This document shows, piece by piece, positions 9,440 through 18,461 of a DNA stretch of 64,000 nt. The stretch spans positions 1,920,001-1,984,000 of the forward strand of contig CBDFLJ010000001.1 of NCBI GenBank assembly GCA_965248835.1, read 5' to 3'. The translations under genes and the position numbers were made by a program. Under the pieces are notes generated by a model, which did not search any database, was not told the origin of the DNA, and worked only from the letters and a program-made list of their open reading frames with translations. Origin of the DNA: Alphaproteobacteria bacterium (GTDB lineage: Bacteria; Pseudomonadota; Alphaproteobacteria; MPNO01). How positions within the stretch are numbered: the first letter of the stretch is position 1; the number at the start of each line of letters is the position of its first letter.

Positions 9440-11103
9440 CAGACCGTGTGAAAACTCGGGCGGGGGCGGGGATGGAGGTTTAGGTAACCATGATTTGCGG
9501 CGATCCCACGTAATCTGGCGGTTTGGCGCCGGTAGCCCTGTGGAAGGGGCTCCAGGCCTCCATGGATCGATGTGCGGCGCTCGATTTTGGCCTGATTCCT
9601 GTCTCATGCCCTCGCGGCGGCGATCAAGGCGGGAACACCTACCAGAGAGATCGCGCGGCGGATGTTGTAAGCCAGCGCCGTGATGCTGAACTCGCCGCGC
9701 ACGTTCTCCAGCCGCCGGGTCAGGAAGGCACCCTGGCCCATCCATTGTTTGATTGAGCCGAAGGGATGCTCGACGCTTTCACGGCGCGCATCGAGCAGCT
9801 CCGGGCGGGCCGCCAATCGTTCTGCCATGCGCTCCAGGATCGCTTCGTCGACATAGCGCAGGACCCGACGGAAGGCGCTTTTCGTACACTTCGACTTGAG
9901 TTGGCACTCCTTGCACGCGGCGCGATTGGCGTAACTGGCGAAGATGAGATCGCGGCGCTTGCGCTTGCTGTGTAGCGCCAGGCGTTGGCCGTCGGGGCAG
10001 ATGTAAATGTCCTCGCCGCCGTCATAGCGGAAGCGTTCCTTGGGAAAGAGCCCCTGGCTCACCGTGGATCCGCGCTGGGGCTTGGGCACATGCGGCACGA
10101 CGCCGGCATTCTCGCAGGCCTCGATATCCTCGATCTTGAAGTAGCCCGCGTCGGCGACCGCGTCGATCCGATCGACGGCCAGGTTCCGACGGGCCACCAC
10201 CGCCGTCTCGGCCAATAGACCGAGATCGCTGACCTTGTTATGGACCTGCTGCTCGGCGATCAGTTTGTGCTTGGCGTCCACGGCGATCTGAATGTTGTAG
10301 CCGACACCGACCCGGGTCTCGGCGTACATCGCCCGGCTGTCCGGATCCGTCAAAGAGAGCTGGCCCTCGCCACTCGCAGCCAGTGCGTCTCGATGTTCCT
10401 CAAACCGCTCACGCCGCCCTTGGATCGCAGCGATCTTCTCCTGGATATTCTCCACCTCGCCGCCGCCGGCGCCGCCCTCGTCTTGCCCGTCGGCCTCGTC
10501 GAGCCGGTCGAGATAACGCGACAACCTCTCGTCGCTCTCGGCCAACGCCTTCTCCAGCTTCGCTTTGGTGAAGTTCCGCTTCCGGCTGTTCACTGCCTTG
10601 ATCCGTGTACCGTCAACCGCCACCAGCTCGCGACCGAACAGCTCCAGTTCGCGGCATAGCCTCACGAACTCCCGAAACACCTGTCGGAAGGCCGCCCGAT
10701 TGATCCTCCGGAAATCGGCGATCGTCTTGAAGTCCGGCGACAAACGCCGCAACAGCCAGATCACTTCGAGATTACGCTTGCTCTCAGCCTCCAGCCGGCG
10801 GCTCGAACGTACCCGATTGAGATAGCCGTATATGTAGAGCTTCAGCAGGTCCGCCGGATCGTAGCCGGGACGACCTGTCGCCTTCGGCGCGGCGCGCTCG
10901 AAACCAGCGGCCGCCAGGTCCAAACCATCCACGAAGGCATCGATGAAACGGACCGGGTTATCCCGGCCCACGTAATCGTCCACTGCTTCCGGCAGAAGCA
11001 GAACCTGAGAGCGGTCAATGCCAGGAATGTGTCTCATGGCGGACCCTAACATCGCCATGAGACACACGGAATCCCCCGCCACCCAGAGTTTTCACACGGT
11101 CTG
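9440..11103 (-). mobile_element. IS1182-family insertion sequence, apparently complete
   Basis: Perfect 18-bp terminal inverted repeats CAGACCGTGTGAAAACTC (9440-9457 / 11086-11103); 4-bp direct repeat GATG at 9436-9439 and 11104-11107. Confidence 0.9.
9604..11037 (-). CDS. IS1182-family transposase
   Basis: RSQVLLLPEAVDDYV...GRPGYDPADLLKLYIYGYLNRVRSSRRLE...PDFKTIADFR...VAVDGT...SLTDPDSR...ADAGY...RRESVEHPFGSIK. Confidence 0.93.
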   Translation of the reverse strand: MRHIPGIDRSQVLLLPEAVDDYVGRDNPVRFIDAFVDGLDLAAAGFERAAPKATGRPGYDPADLLKLYIYGYLNRVRSSRRLEAESKRNLEVIWLLRRLSPDFKTIADFRRINRAAFRQVFREFVRLCRELELFGRELVAVDGTRIKAVNSRKRNFTKAKLEKALAESDERLSRYLDRLDEADGQDEGGAGGGEVENIQEKIAAIQGRRERFEEHRDALAASGEGQLSLTDPDSRAMYAETRVGVGYNIQIAVDAKHKLIAEQQVHNKVSDLGLLAETAVVARRNLAVDRIDAVADAGYFKIEDIEACENAGVVPHVPKPQRGSTVSQGLFPKERFRYDGGEDIYICPDGQRLALHSKRKRRDLIFASYANRAACKECQLKSKCTKSAFRRVLRYVDEAILERMAERLAARPELLDARRESVEHPFGSIKQWMGQGAFLTRRLENVRGEFSITALAYNIRRAISLVGVPALIAAARA

Positions 11104-11358
11104 GATGGTGTAGCCGCCGGCAAACCCGTACTCGTCCCGCAGCCGCTCGAAGATCCGCTGCGCCTTCTGCCGCTGCTTGCACGGCTCATCCCGGTCCGCC
11201 TCAAGGATCGCGTCGATGATGCCGGCGAAGCCGTCCAGCTTCGATCGCCGCACCGGCGTCGTCCGGTGGTAGCCCGGCGGCGCCGAATAGCTCGGCATTT
11301 CTTCACCGTTCGGCGGTCGATGCCGAACCGCCGCGCCGCCTCGCGATGGCTTGACCGA

Positions 11359-11706
11359 TCAGGCAGCGAGTTGAGGCAGGATGACCTCCGGAGCGGGCGC
11401 CCGGTATCGGGGCGATGCATAGGGTCTGACGGCGTTGTAGTGTCGCCGCCAGCTCTCGATGATGACCCGTGCCTCCTCGAAGGTATGGAAGATCTCGCCG
11501 CCGAGCAGTTCGTCGCGCAGCCGCGCGTTGAAGCTCTCGATGTAACCGTTCTCCTACGGGTTGCCGGCCGTGATATAGGCAGTCCTGGCGCCGAGCGCGG
11601 CGATCCACGCTGGCACGGCCTTGGCGATGAACTCGGGGCCGTTGTCGGAGCGTATATATCCCGGCACGCCGCGCAGGATGAACAGATCGGCCAGCACGTC
11701 GATCAC
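11359..11706 (-). mobile_element. IS3-family OrfB (integrase core) remnant
   Basis: VIDVLADLFILRGVPGYIRSDNGPEFIAKAV...NP*ENGYIESFNARLRDELL...ESWRRHYNAVRP; internal TAG at 11554-11556 replaces Trp. Confidence 0.85.
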
Positions 11707-12177
11707 GGCTCCCGCGCCGGGCGCGAAGCGGGGCTACGATGCGGCCAAGAAGATGGTTGGCCGCAAGCGGCACGTGGTGGTGGACACCGACGGCCGCCTG
11801 CTGATGATCAACCTCACCCCGGCCGATATCTCCGACAGCGCCAGCGCCCAGATGATCCTGGAGGGCATCCGCAAGCGCTGGCCGTGGGTCAAGCACTTGT
11901 TCGCCGACGGCGCCTGCGATCGGACCCAGCTCATGGACAAGGCCGCCTTCCTCGACTTCGTCATCGAGGTGGTTCGCCGCATCGACGACGAACCGGGCTT
12001 CAAGGTCTTGCCCCGGCGCTGGGTCGTCGAACGCACCTTCGGTTGGCTCACCCGTTGGTGCCGCCTGGTGCGCGACTACGAACAACGCCTCGACGTCTCC
12101 GAGGCCATGATCCACCTCGCCATGGCAAGCCTGATACTGCGCCGGATCAGCCATTGAGGGAATTCGCAAACGGACTC
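11707..12177 (+). mobile_element. IS5-family element, 5'-truncated copy
   Basis: KRGYDAAKKMVGRKRHVVVDTDGRLL...LFADGA...RRWVVERTFGWL...RRISH* (stop 12157); terminal IR-like TTCGCAAACGGACTC at 12163-12177 followed by TGA. Confidence 0.85.
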
Positions 12178-12230
12178 TGAAGAGCCGAAGGGGACGTGTC
12201 TATGGCTGGCAAATTTCTTCCGAGCGGTGT

Positions 12231-12487
12231 GTGCGCTGCATCGCCATCCGTGGCAGAGGCACCGTTGAGGATGTCCTGATGGAAGGAGGGCAGTGTCCAG
12301 GGCACGAGATCGCGCTCTACCCTCAGCCCGCGCGGCCGCGGGGCGGGTGGTGGTCGAGAACGGTGGGATCGTCGCCTTCGATGCCGAGTCCATCATTGAG
12401 GAGGGGAGGCCGATGATGTCGGAGATCCTCAAGCAGAATCGGCGGCTTCATCTGCTCGCCGGTCGTATGGCCGAGCTGTTGACCTGA
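12231..12487 (+). pseudogene. amidohydrolase-superfamily remnant (mainly C-terminus)
   Basis: AGRVVVENGGIVAFDAESIIEEGR resembles the C-terminal strand and helix of TrzA/AtzA-like amidohydrolases; upstream IAIRG...DVLMEGG is weakly N-terminus-like. Confidence 0.4.
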
Positions 12488-12610
12488 CATTGGTCGACCG
12501 GTTCTCGAAAATCTGCCACAATTGTGTACCGCGAAATCCGTGTTCTCTGTGTTACGTGTTTCCCAATCTCCAAAGCGTTTGACCGAAAAACGGCAAAAAA
12601 GGAGCGCACC

Positions 12611-13672
12611 ATGCGCAAAACATTGATCCTTCTGACTGCCGCAATTTCCTTGGCAGTCGCTGGCGAGGCGGCGGCTCAGGCCAAGTTCAAGTTCAAGATG
12701 ACCAGCTTCGTGCCCGAAGGGACTGTCACTTGGAAGCTGTTTCCTGAAGCCTTCACCGAGAAGGTCAAGCTCGCCACTGACGGTGCGGTCGAAATCAAGC
12801 CCTACGGCGCTTTTGTGCTTGCGAGCATCTTCGAAGCGCACAGAGCGGTCAAGGACCGACGCGCCGACATGGCCTACCACTACCCGGCTTTCGAGATAAA
12901 CGAGCACCCAGCCTCCGCATTCATAAGCGACATTCCCGGCGGTATGGGACCTCACGCCAAGCTTCTGTGGGTGCTGGCCGGTGGTGGCGAGCAACTGTGG
13001 ACCGAGTACCGCGATAGCCTCGGCTATCACGGCATGTTCTGCGGCATTATCGGATCGGAGCTGTTCGCTAATTCGCACAAAAAGGTTCAGTCGCTCGCCG
13101 ACCTCAAGGGCTTCCGCTATCGTACCGCCGGCGCAAACACAGTCGTCATGCGCAATCTTGGCGCCGCGCCGACCCTGGTTCCAGGTCCGGAGGTCTTCAC
13201 CATGCTCGAGCGCAAAGCCGTCGACGGTGCCGAGTATCTCGATCCCTACGGCAACTTCTCGCTGGGTTTTCAGAAGATCGCCAAGTATGTGATCTACCCG
13301 GGGATTCACGCTCCGGGCGGTCTTTACGAAATCCTGATGCGCAAGGAGAGCTGGGACGCCCTGCCGCGCGATATCCAGGCCAAAATGCAAATGGTCTGCG
13401 ACTCCGTGCTGGTCCGCGCCTATGCGACGCTCAACGTCAACAACGCCAAGGCGATGAAAGAGATGGGCGCGTCGAGCAAGAACGAGCTTGTCGAGCTCTC
13501 GCCCGAGCTGATCGATGCGATCCGCAGGGCCGGGCGCGAATGGGCCGAAGACAAGATCAAAGAACAAAACGCCAAGGGGAATCCGTGGATGGAGAAGTTC
13601 GCCAAGAGCTTCTATGCCTTTCAGGAGTCCTGGTCCAAGAACTCGAAGTACCTCGTCACTGACCGGCGCTGA
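12611..13672 (+). CDS. dctP: TRAP transporter substrate-binding protein (DctP/TakP-like)
   Basis: Signal peptide; SLADLKGFRYRTAG; EVFTMLERKAVDGAEYLDPYGNFSLGFQKIAKY; PGIH. Confidence 0.9.
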   Translation: MRKTLILLTAAISLAVAGEAAAQAKFKFKMTSFVPEGTVTWKLFPEAFTEKVKLATDGAVEIKPYGAFVLASIFEAHRAVKDRRADMAYHYPAFEINEHPASAFISDIPGGMGPHAKLLWVLAGGGEQLWTEYRDSLGYHGMFCGIIGSELFANSHKKVQSLADLKGFRYRTAGANTVVMRNLGAAPTLVPGPEVFTMLERKAVDGAEYLDPYGNFSLGFQKIAKYVIYPGIHAPGGLYEILMRKESWDALPRDIQAKMQMVCDSVLVRAYATLNVNNAKAMKEMGASSKNELVELSPELIDAIRRAGREWAEDKIKEQNAKGNPWMEKFAKSFYAFQESWSKNSKYLVTDRR

Positions 13673-13688
13673 CGGTCGAGTCACCGAG

Positions 13689-13718
13689 GGGCGGGTGAAA
13701 CGCTGTCCTCACCCGCCC
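13689..13718 (+). other. intercistronic stem-loop after dctP
   Basis: GGGCGGGTGA (13689-13698) and TCACCCGCCC (13709-13718) form a perfect 10-bp stem with no U-tract; likely mRNA-stabilising. Confidence 0.6.
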
Positions 13719-13729
13719 GGGTGCGATCG

Positions 13730-14263
13730 ATGCGGGCGCTGTTGCTGATAATCAGGTGGACCGATTCCCTGGTGCGGGTTGTCGGTTACGCCGGGTATTT
13801 GCTGTTCCCGGCGCTGATCCTTGTGGCCCTCTATGAGGTGGTTGCACGCTACGCCTTCAACGCTCCAACCATTTGGGCGTTCGACATCACCTTCATGGTC
13901 CACGGCGCGCTGTTCATGCTGACCGGGGCTTACGGGCTGCAGAAGGACGTCCATGTGCGCATCGACGTCTTGTCGAGCCGCCTACCGAAGCCGGTGCAGC
14001 ACGCCGCCAACATCCTTTCTTATCTAATCTTGTTCATCCCGGCGATCTGGCTAATCAGCGATGCCGCGATCCGGCGCAGCTATTCGGCGCTCGTCACGAG
14101 GGAGGTCGAGCTGGTGAGTGCATGGGCACCGATCGTCTGGCCATTCTATGTCGCGCTCGCGATCGGTCTCGTCGCGCTATGGCTGCAGTCCTGCGCTGAG
14201 ACCTTGCGGCACGGGATCGGTATCGTGGGGGCACGCCGCGATTCTCCGAGCGCGGACGAATAG
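13730..14263 (+). CDS. dctQ: TRAP transporter small permease
   Basis: YEVVARYAFNAPTIWAFD...GAYGLQKDVHVRIDVL; about four TM segments. Confidence 0.9.
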   Translation: MRALLLIIRWTDSLVRVVGYAGYLLFPALILVALYEVVARYAFNAPTIWAFDITFMVHGALFMLTGAYGLQKDVHVRIDVLSSRLPKPVQHAANILSYLILFIPAIWLISDAAIRRSYSALVTREVELVSAWAPIVWPFYVALAIGLVALWLQSCAETLRHGIGIVGARRDSPSADE

Positions 14264-14290
14264 GCGGCCGGCAGGCCAGGTGGCACGGTC

Positions 14291-15610
14291 ATGATCGATA
14301 TTCCTGCAATCTGGATGTTTCCGGCGCTTTTCCTTCTCGTGTTTATGGGCATACCCGTGGCGTTCAGCATGATCGGGCTGTCCTTCGCCTTCGGATATTG
14401 GTTTTTTGGTGACACGCTCGGGCCGCAGATGTTCAGCCGGCTAAAGGACGTCTCGTCAAACTACGTGCTGACGGCGCTGCCGCTTTTCGTCTTCATGGGC
14501 AGCGCCCTGGAACGCTCGGGCATCGCCGAGAGGTTGTTCCAGGCAATCCAGTTGTGGATCGGCAAGCTGCGCGGCGGCCTGGCACTGACATCGATCTCGA
14601 TGTGCGGCATTTTTGCCGCGTGCTCAGGCGTCGTCGGCGCGGTCGAGACGGTGGTCGGAATGATGGCCATCCCGCCGATGATGAAGCAGCGTTACAAGCA
14701 CGATCTCATCGCAGGAACGATCTGCGCCGGAGGATCGCTCGGCACCATTATCCCGCCGACTGTCGTGGTAGTCGTCTACGGATCGATCGTAGAAGAGTCG
14801 ATTGGTGACTTGTTCGCAGGTGTCGTCATTCCGGGCTTGTTGATGACGCTTCTGTTTATCGCCTATATCGCTCTGCGCTGTTATCTCAAGCCCGAAGATG
14901 GGCCGGCACTCGAGGCCAACGACCTGCGCGCCCCGACGCTGGAGAAGTTGCGCGTTACCCTCATCGCGCTCGTGCCAGCAATCGCGTTGATCGTCGCTGT
15001 TCTTGGATCGATTCTCGCTGGCATCGCCTCGCCAACCGAAGCAGCCGCTGTTGGCGCGTTCGGTGCTGTGGTGCTGATCATCGCTTACGGGCGAATGTCT
15101 TGGAATGTCGCCTTGGCGGTCCTTGACCGTGCTATTCGCGTCAACGTCATGGTGATGTTCACCGTGCTCGGAGGCGTGATGTTTTCCGCGATCTTCATGG
15201 TCAACGGTGGCAACGACCTGATCCGTGTCTTCCTCGACACTTTCAAGCCCACCACTGCCGAGCTCACACTGCTTATGCTCGCCATCTTCTTTGTCCTTGG
15301 CTTCATCCTCGACTGGGTGTCGATCGTCCTAATTTGCATGCCGATCTTCACCCCTTTGATTAGAAATGCGGGCATAGATCCCATATGGTTCGGCATAATG
15401 GTGTGCGTTGTGATCCAGACGTCGTACCTTACGCCCCCGGTAGCTCCTTCGATCTATTACCTTCGGGCGATTGCACCTCCGGAGATAACTTATGGCTCGA
15501 TGTTTCGCGGGGTGATTCCGTTCGTGGTCTGCCAGCTGATCGTGCTTACGATTGTCGCCTTCTATCCGCCGACTGCGCTGTACCTCCCAGCGCTGCTGTT
15601 CGGCCAGTAG
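14291..15610 (+). CDS. dctM: TRAP transporter large permease
   Basis: GIPVAFSM, ALPLFVFMG...ERSGIAERLF, GTICAGGSLGTIIPP, SPTEAAAVGA, QTSYLTPP. Confidence 0.93.
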   Translation: MIDIPAIWMFPALFLLVFMGIPVAFSMIGLSFAFGYWFFGDTLGPQMFSRLKDVSSNYVLTALPLFVFMGSALERSGIAERLFQAIQLWIGKLRGGLALTSISMCGIFAACSGVVGAVETVVGMMAIPPMMKQRYKHDLIAGTICAGGSLGTIIPPTVVVVVYGSIVEESIGDLFAGVVIPGLLMTLLFIAYIALRCYLKPEDGPALEANDLRAPTLEKLRVTLIALVPAIALIVAVLGSILAGIASPTEAAAVGAFGAVVLIIAYGRMSWNVALAVLDRAIRVNVMVMFTVLGGVMFSAIFMVNGGNDLIRVFLDTFKPTTAELTLLMLAIFFVLGFILDWVSIVLICMPIFTPLIRNAGIDPIWFGIMVCVVIQTSYLTPPVAPSIYYLRAIAPPEITYGSMFRGVIPFVVCQLIVLTIVAFYPPTALYLPALLFGQ

Positions 15611-15727
15611 CAACGAAAGTTAATCGGCGCTCCATGTATATTCCTCTAGCCGTCACTCATGGAATTCTTGCCATGGTGGACCTCCAGGAAAGCTCGGATG
15701 ATACTGTAAGCAAGCGCGGGGGAGAGG

Positions 15728-17179
15728 ATGAGCGACATAGCGTTTCAATCGGCCAAGCGGCTGGCCGGCCACATCCGCCGCCGAAAGATCGGTTGCCTGG
15801 AACTCTTGGACCACTATCTCGGGCGGGTCGAGCGCTTCAACCCGGTGCTCAACGCGATCGTCGAGACCTGTATCCCAGCCGCCCGGGAGCGGGCGCGCGC
15901 CGCTGACGCGGCACTCGCCAAGGGCGAGGTCTGGGGGCCGCTCCACGGCGTGCCCATGACGGTCAAGGATTCCTTCGACATCAAGGGTCTGCCGACGACC
16001 TGGGGCGTGCCGGCGCAGGCCGAAAACATCGCTCGGGCCGATGCCCTCTCGGTCGCTCGTTGGCGGGCAGCAGGGGTGGTGATCTTCGGCAAGACGAACG
16101 TGCCGATCTGGCTCGCCGATGCGCAGGCCTTCAACGCCATCTATGGCAGGACGTGCAGCCCGTGGGACCCCGACCGCACGCCTGGCGGTTCTTCCGGCGG
16201 TGCCTCGGCCGCGCTCGCCGCCGGCATGACCGGTATCGAGATGGGTAGCGACATCGCCGGGTCGATCCGCAACCCGGCGAACTACTGCGGCCTCTACGGC
16301 CTCAAACCGACGTTCGGGATCTGCCCCGCCGACGGGCACGCGCTTGCCGGCAACGTGGCGCCGCTCGACATCCTCGCGATCGGCCCTTTGGGGCGGAGCG
16401 CCGAGGATCTGGCGCTCGGGCTCGATGCCATCGCCGGACCCGATGAGATCGACGCGTCCGGATATCGGCTCGCGCTGCCGCGCGCGCCGAGGAAAAGGCT
16501 TAGCGAGTACAGGGTCGCCGTCATTGCGGACCATGCAACCGCGCCGGTCGAGCGCGCGATCTCCGAGCGGATCCGTCACCTGTCGGATTTCCTCGCGCGC
16601 GAAGGGGCCGACGTGAACGAAGGCGCGCGACCCGACATCGAGATGGAGGACATCCATCGCACCTTCGATATCCTGCTGCGCTCAGCCACGTCGGCGAAGC
16701 ATACTGACCTCGAGCGAGAGGCTGCCTTCGCGGATCTGGAGGCGCGGGGCCAGGACGATGACAGCAAATGGGCACGCATGCTGCGCGGCATGACGCTGTC
16801 TCACCGCGACTGGCTCAACCTCAACGAACAACGCCACCGGATGCGGCATAAGTGGCATGCCTTCTTTCGCGAATACGACCTGTTGCTGTGTCCGGTGAAC
16901 TGCACGGTGGCGTTCCCGCACATGACCGAACCGCCTTACGAACGGCAGATGACCATCGAGAACAAAGTCCATCCCTTCATGAACCAGATCTTCTGGACCG
17001 GCTTCACCGGCGTTGCACACCTGCCTTCGGTCGCTGCGCCGATCGGCTTCACGGAAGACGGCCTGCCGGTCGGCGTCCAGATCGTTGGCCCGCAATTCGG
17101 CGACCACACGTGTATCCAATTCGCGCGGATGTTGGAACGTGGCTACCAAGCCTTCGTCCCGCCGCCGGGTTTCGATTGA
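15728..17179 (+). CDS. amidase (amidase signature family)
   Basis: GPLHGVPMTVKDSF, RTPGGSSGGASAALAAG, GSDIAGSIRNPA, GLPVGVQIVG. Confidence 0.93.
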   Translation: MSDIAFQSAKRLAGHIRRRKIGCLELLDHYLGRVERFNPVLNAIVETCIPAARERARAADAALAKGEVWGPLHGVPMTVKDSFDIKGLPTTWGVPAQAENIARADALSVARWRAAGVVIFGKTNVPIWLADAQAFNAIYGRTCSPWDPDRTPGGSSGGASAALAAGMTGIEMGSDIAGSIRNPANYCGLYGLKPTFGICPADGHALAGNVAPLDILAIGPLGRSAEDLALGLDAIAGPDEIDASGYRLALPRAPRKRLSEYRVAVIADHATAPVERAISERIRHLSDFLAREGADVNEGARPDIEMEDIHRTFDILLRSATSAKHTDLEREAAFADLEARGQDDDSKWARMLRGMTLSHRDWLNLNEQRHRMRHKWHAFFREYDLLLCPVNCTVAFPHMTEPPYERQMTIENKVHPFMNQIFWTGFTGVAHLPSVAAPIGFTEDGLPVGVQIVGPQFGDHTCIQFARMLERGYQAFVPPPGFD

Positions 17180-17274
17180 GGCGCTCGCCAGCGGACCAGA
17201 TCACCAAAGACGGATTGCGGCTGCGCGGTAAATCCTGTCTGACCCAAGTTCAACGTATCCATCCGGTGAGGCTT

Positions 17275-18132
17275 TCAATTACCTCTGAGAGTCCGTTTGA
17301 GAAAGGTCTCAATGGCTGCTTCTGCGGAGCAGGAGGCTCCCATGGCGACATGGATCATGGCTTCGCAGACATCGATGCGTTGTTCGTCGTCGCGAACCAG
17401 GCGGCGCCATCGGGTGAGCCAGCCGAAGCTGCGCTCCACGACCCAACGGCGCGGCACGAGTTTGAAGCCCGGCTCGTCGTCGAGGCGGCGCACGACCTCG
17501 ATGACGAAGTCGAGGAAGGCCGCCTTGTCCATCAGTTGGGTGCGGTCATAGGCGCCATCGGCGAACAGATGCTTGACCCGGGGCCAGCGCTTGCGGATGC
17601 CCTCCAGGATCAGTTGCGCCCCGGCGCTGTCGGAGATGTCCGCCGGCGTCAAGTTGACCATCAGCAGGCGGATATCGGTATCCACCGCCACGTGCCGCTT
17701 GCGTCCGACCGTCTTCTTGGCCGCGTCGTAGCCCCGCTTCGCCTTGGCCGCCTGCGCCTTGACCGTCTGGCTGTCGATGACCCCGGCGCTCGGGCCGGCC
17801 TTGCGGCCGGCGCGCTCCCGGTCGACCATCAGGGCGATGTCATGGATGGTGCGAAACAGCATCAGCCGCACGAAGCGGCGGAACCACCAATACACCGTCT
17901 GCCAGGGTGGGAAGTCCTTCGGCAGCATGCGCCAGCCGCCGCCCGTGCGCGTCATGTAGCGGATCGCGTTCGGCACCTCGCGCAGGTCCACGCTCGGCTT
18001 GCGGCCCCGCTGCGCCGGCTTCGTCAGCAGCGGCGCGATCCGCGCCCACTCCTCATCGGTGAGACCGCTCGGATAGCGCTTGGTCTTCCGCGCGACCGCG
18101 GCCATGCGGCCTCGCGTCTGCCGTGTCCACAT
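17275..18132 (-). CDS. IS5-family transposase with a frameshift in the last ~10 codons
   Basis: KRYPSGLTDEEW...WRMLPKDFPPWQTVYWWF...VIDSQTVK...GRKRH...ADGAYD...RWVVERSFGW; a 1-nt loss near 17338 replaces the SLLLRRSSH* end. Confidence 0.85.
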   Translation of the reverse strand: MWTRQTRGRMAAVARKTKRYPSGLTDEEWARIAPLLTKPAQRGRKPSVDLREVPNAIRYMTRTGGGWRMLPKDFPPWQTVYWWFRRFVRLMLFRTIHDIALMVDRERAGRKAGPSAGVIDSQTVKAQAAKAKRGYDAAKKTVGRKRHVAVDTDIRLLMVNLTPADISDSAGAQLILEGIRKRWPRVKHLFADGAYDRTQLMDKAAFLDFVIEVVRRLDDEPGFKLVPRRWVVERSFGWLTRWRRLVRDDEQRIDVCEAMIHVAMGASCSAEAAIETFLKRTLRGN

Positions 18133-18188
18133 GCACGGGGTGAATCACCAAACCGCACCGATCGGAACCCCCTTTCTCAAACGGTCTC
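17289..18188 (-). mobile_element. IS5-family (IS1031/IS427-like) insertion sequence
   Basis: Terminal IRs GAGTCCGTTTGAGAAAGG (17289-17306) and CCTTTCTCAAACGGTCTC (18171-18188) match at 17/18; flanks are TGA and TAA (TNA-type, not identical). Confidence 0.85.
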
Positions 18189-18191
18189 TAA

Positions 18192-18460
18192 GATTGGCTC
18201 CAAGATTTATGTCGGTTAGGCGCGGCATGCCACGCGACATGATGAGATTTCCGGGCTGGGGATCGTTGGCGCGGGCGAGATAGCCGCCGAGCCTGGCGAT
18301 CTTGATGAGGTAGAGCGAGAGTGTCTTGGGGAGTGGCGGATCATGCTCATTCCCCGACACCGAGTGATCGAGGATCTTCGTCTCCATTTGGGTCAGCACA
18401 AGGCTGGGGTCGAGATCGGGCTCGACCCGATTAAGCATCGTCAACCAGAACACGCGGCAG
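18192..18460 (-). mobile_element. IS4-family (IS50/Tn5-like) transposase C-terminal remnant
   Basis: RVFWLTMLNR...YLIKIARLGGYLARANDPQPGNLIMSRGMPRLTDI (LGG..R..D..PG motif). Confidence 0.8.
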
Positions 18461-18461
18461 C

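Larger units (their letters stand above)
9378..11352 (-). mobile_element. istA: IS21-family istA remnant interrupted by IS1182
   Basis: 11352-11104 reads SHREAARRFGIDRRTVKK/MPSYSAPPGY...RIFERLRDEYGFAGGYTI. It resumes at 9439-9378 with IVKDYVR/REAFVPLYHPPGH. Frameshifted. Confidence 0.8.
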
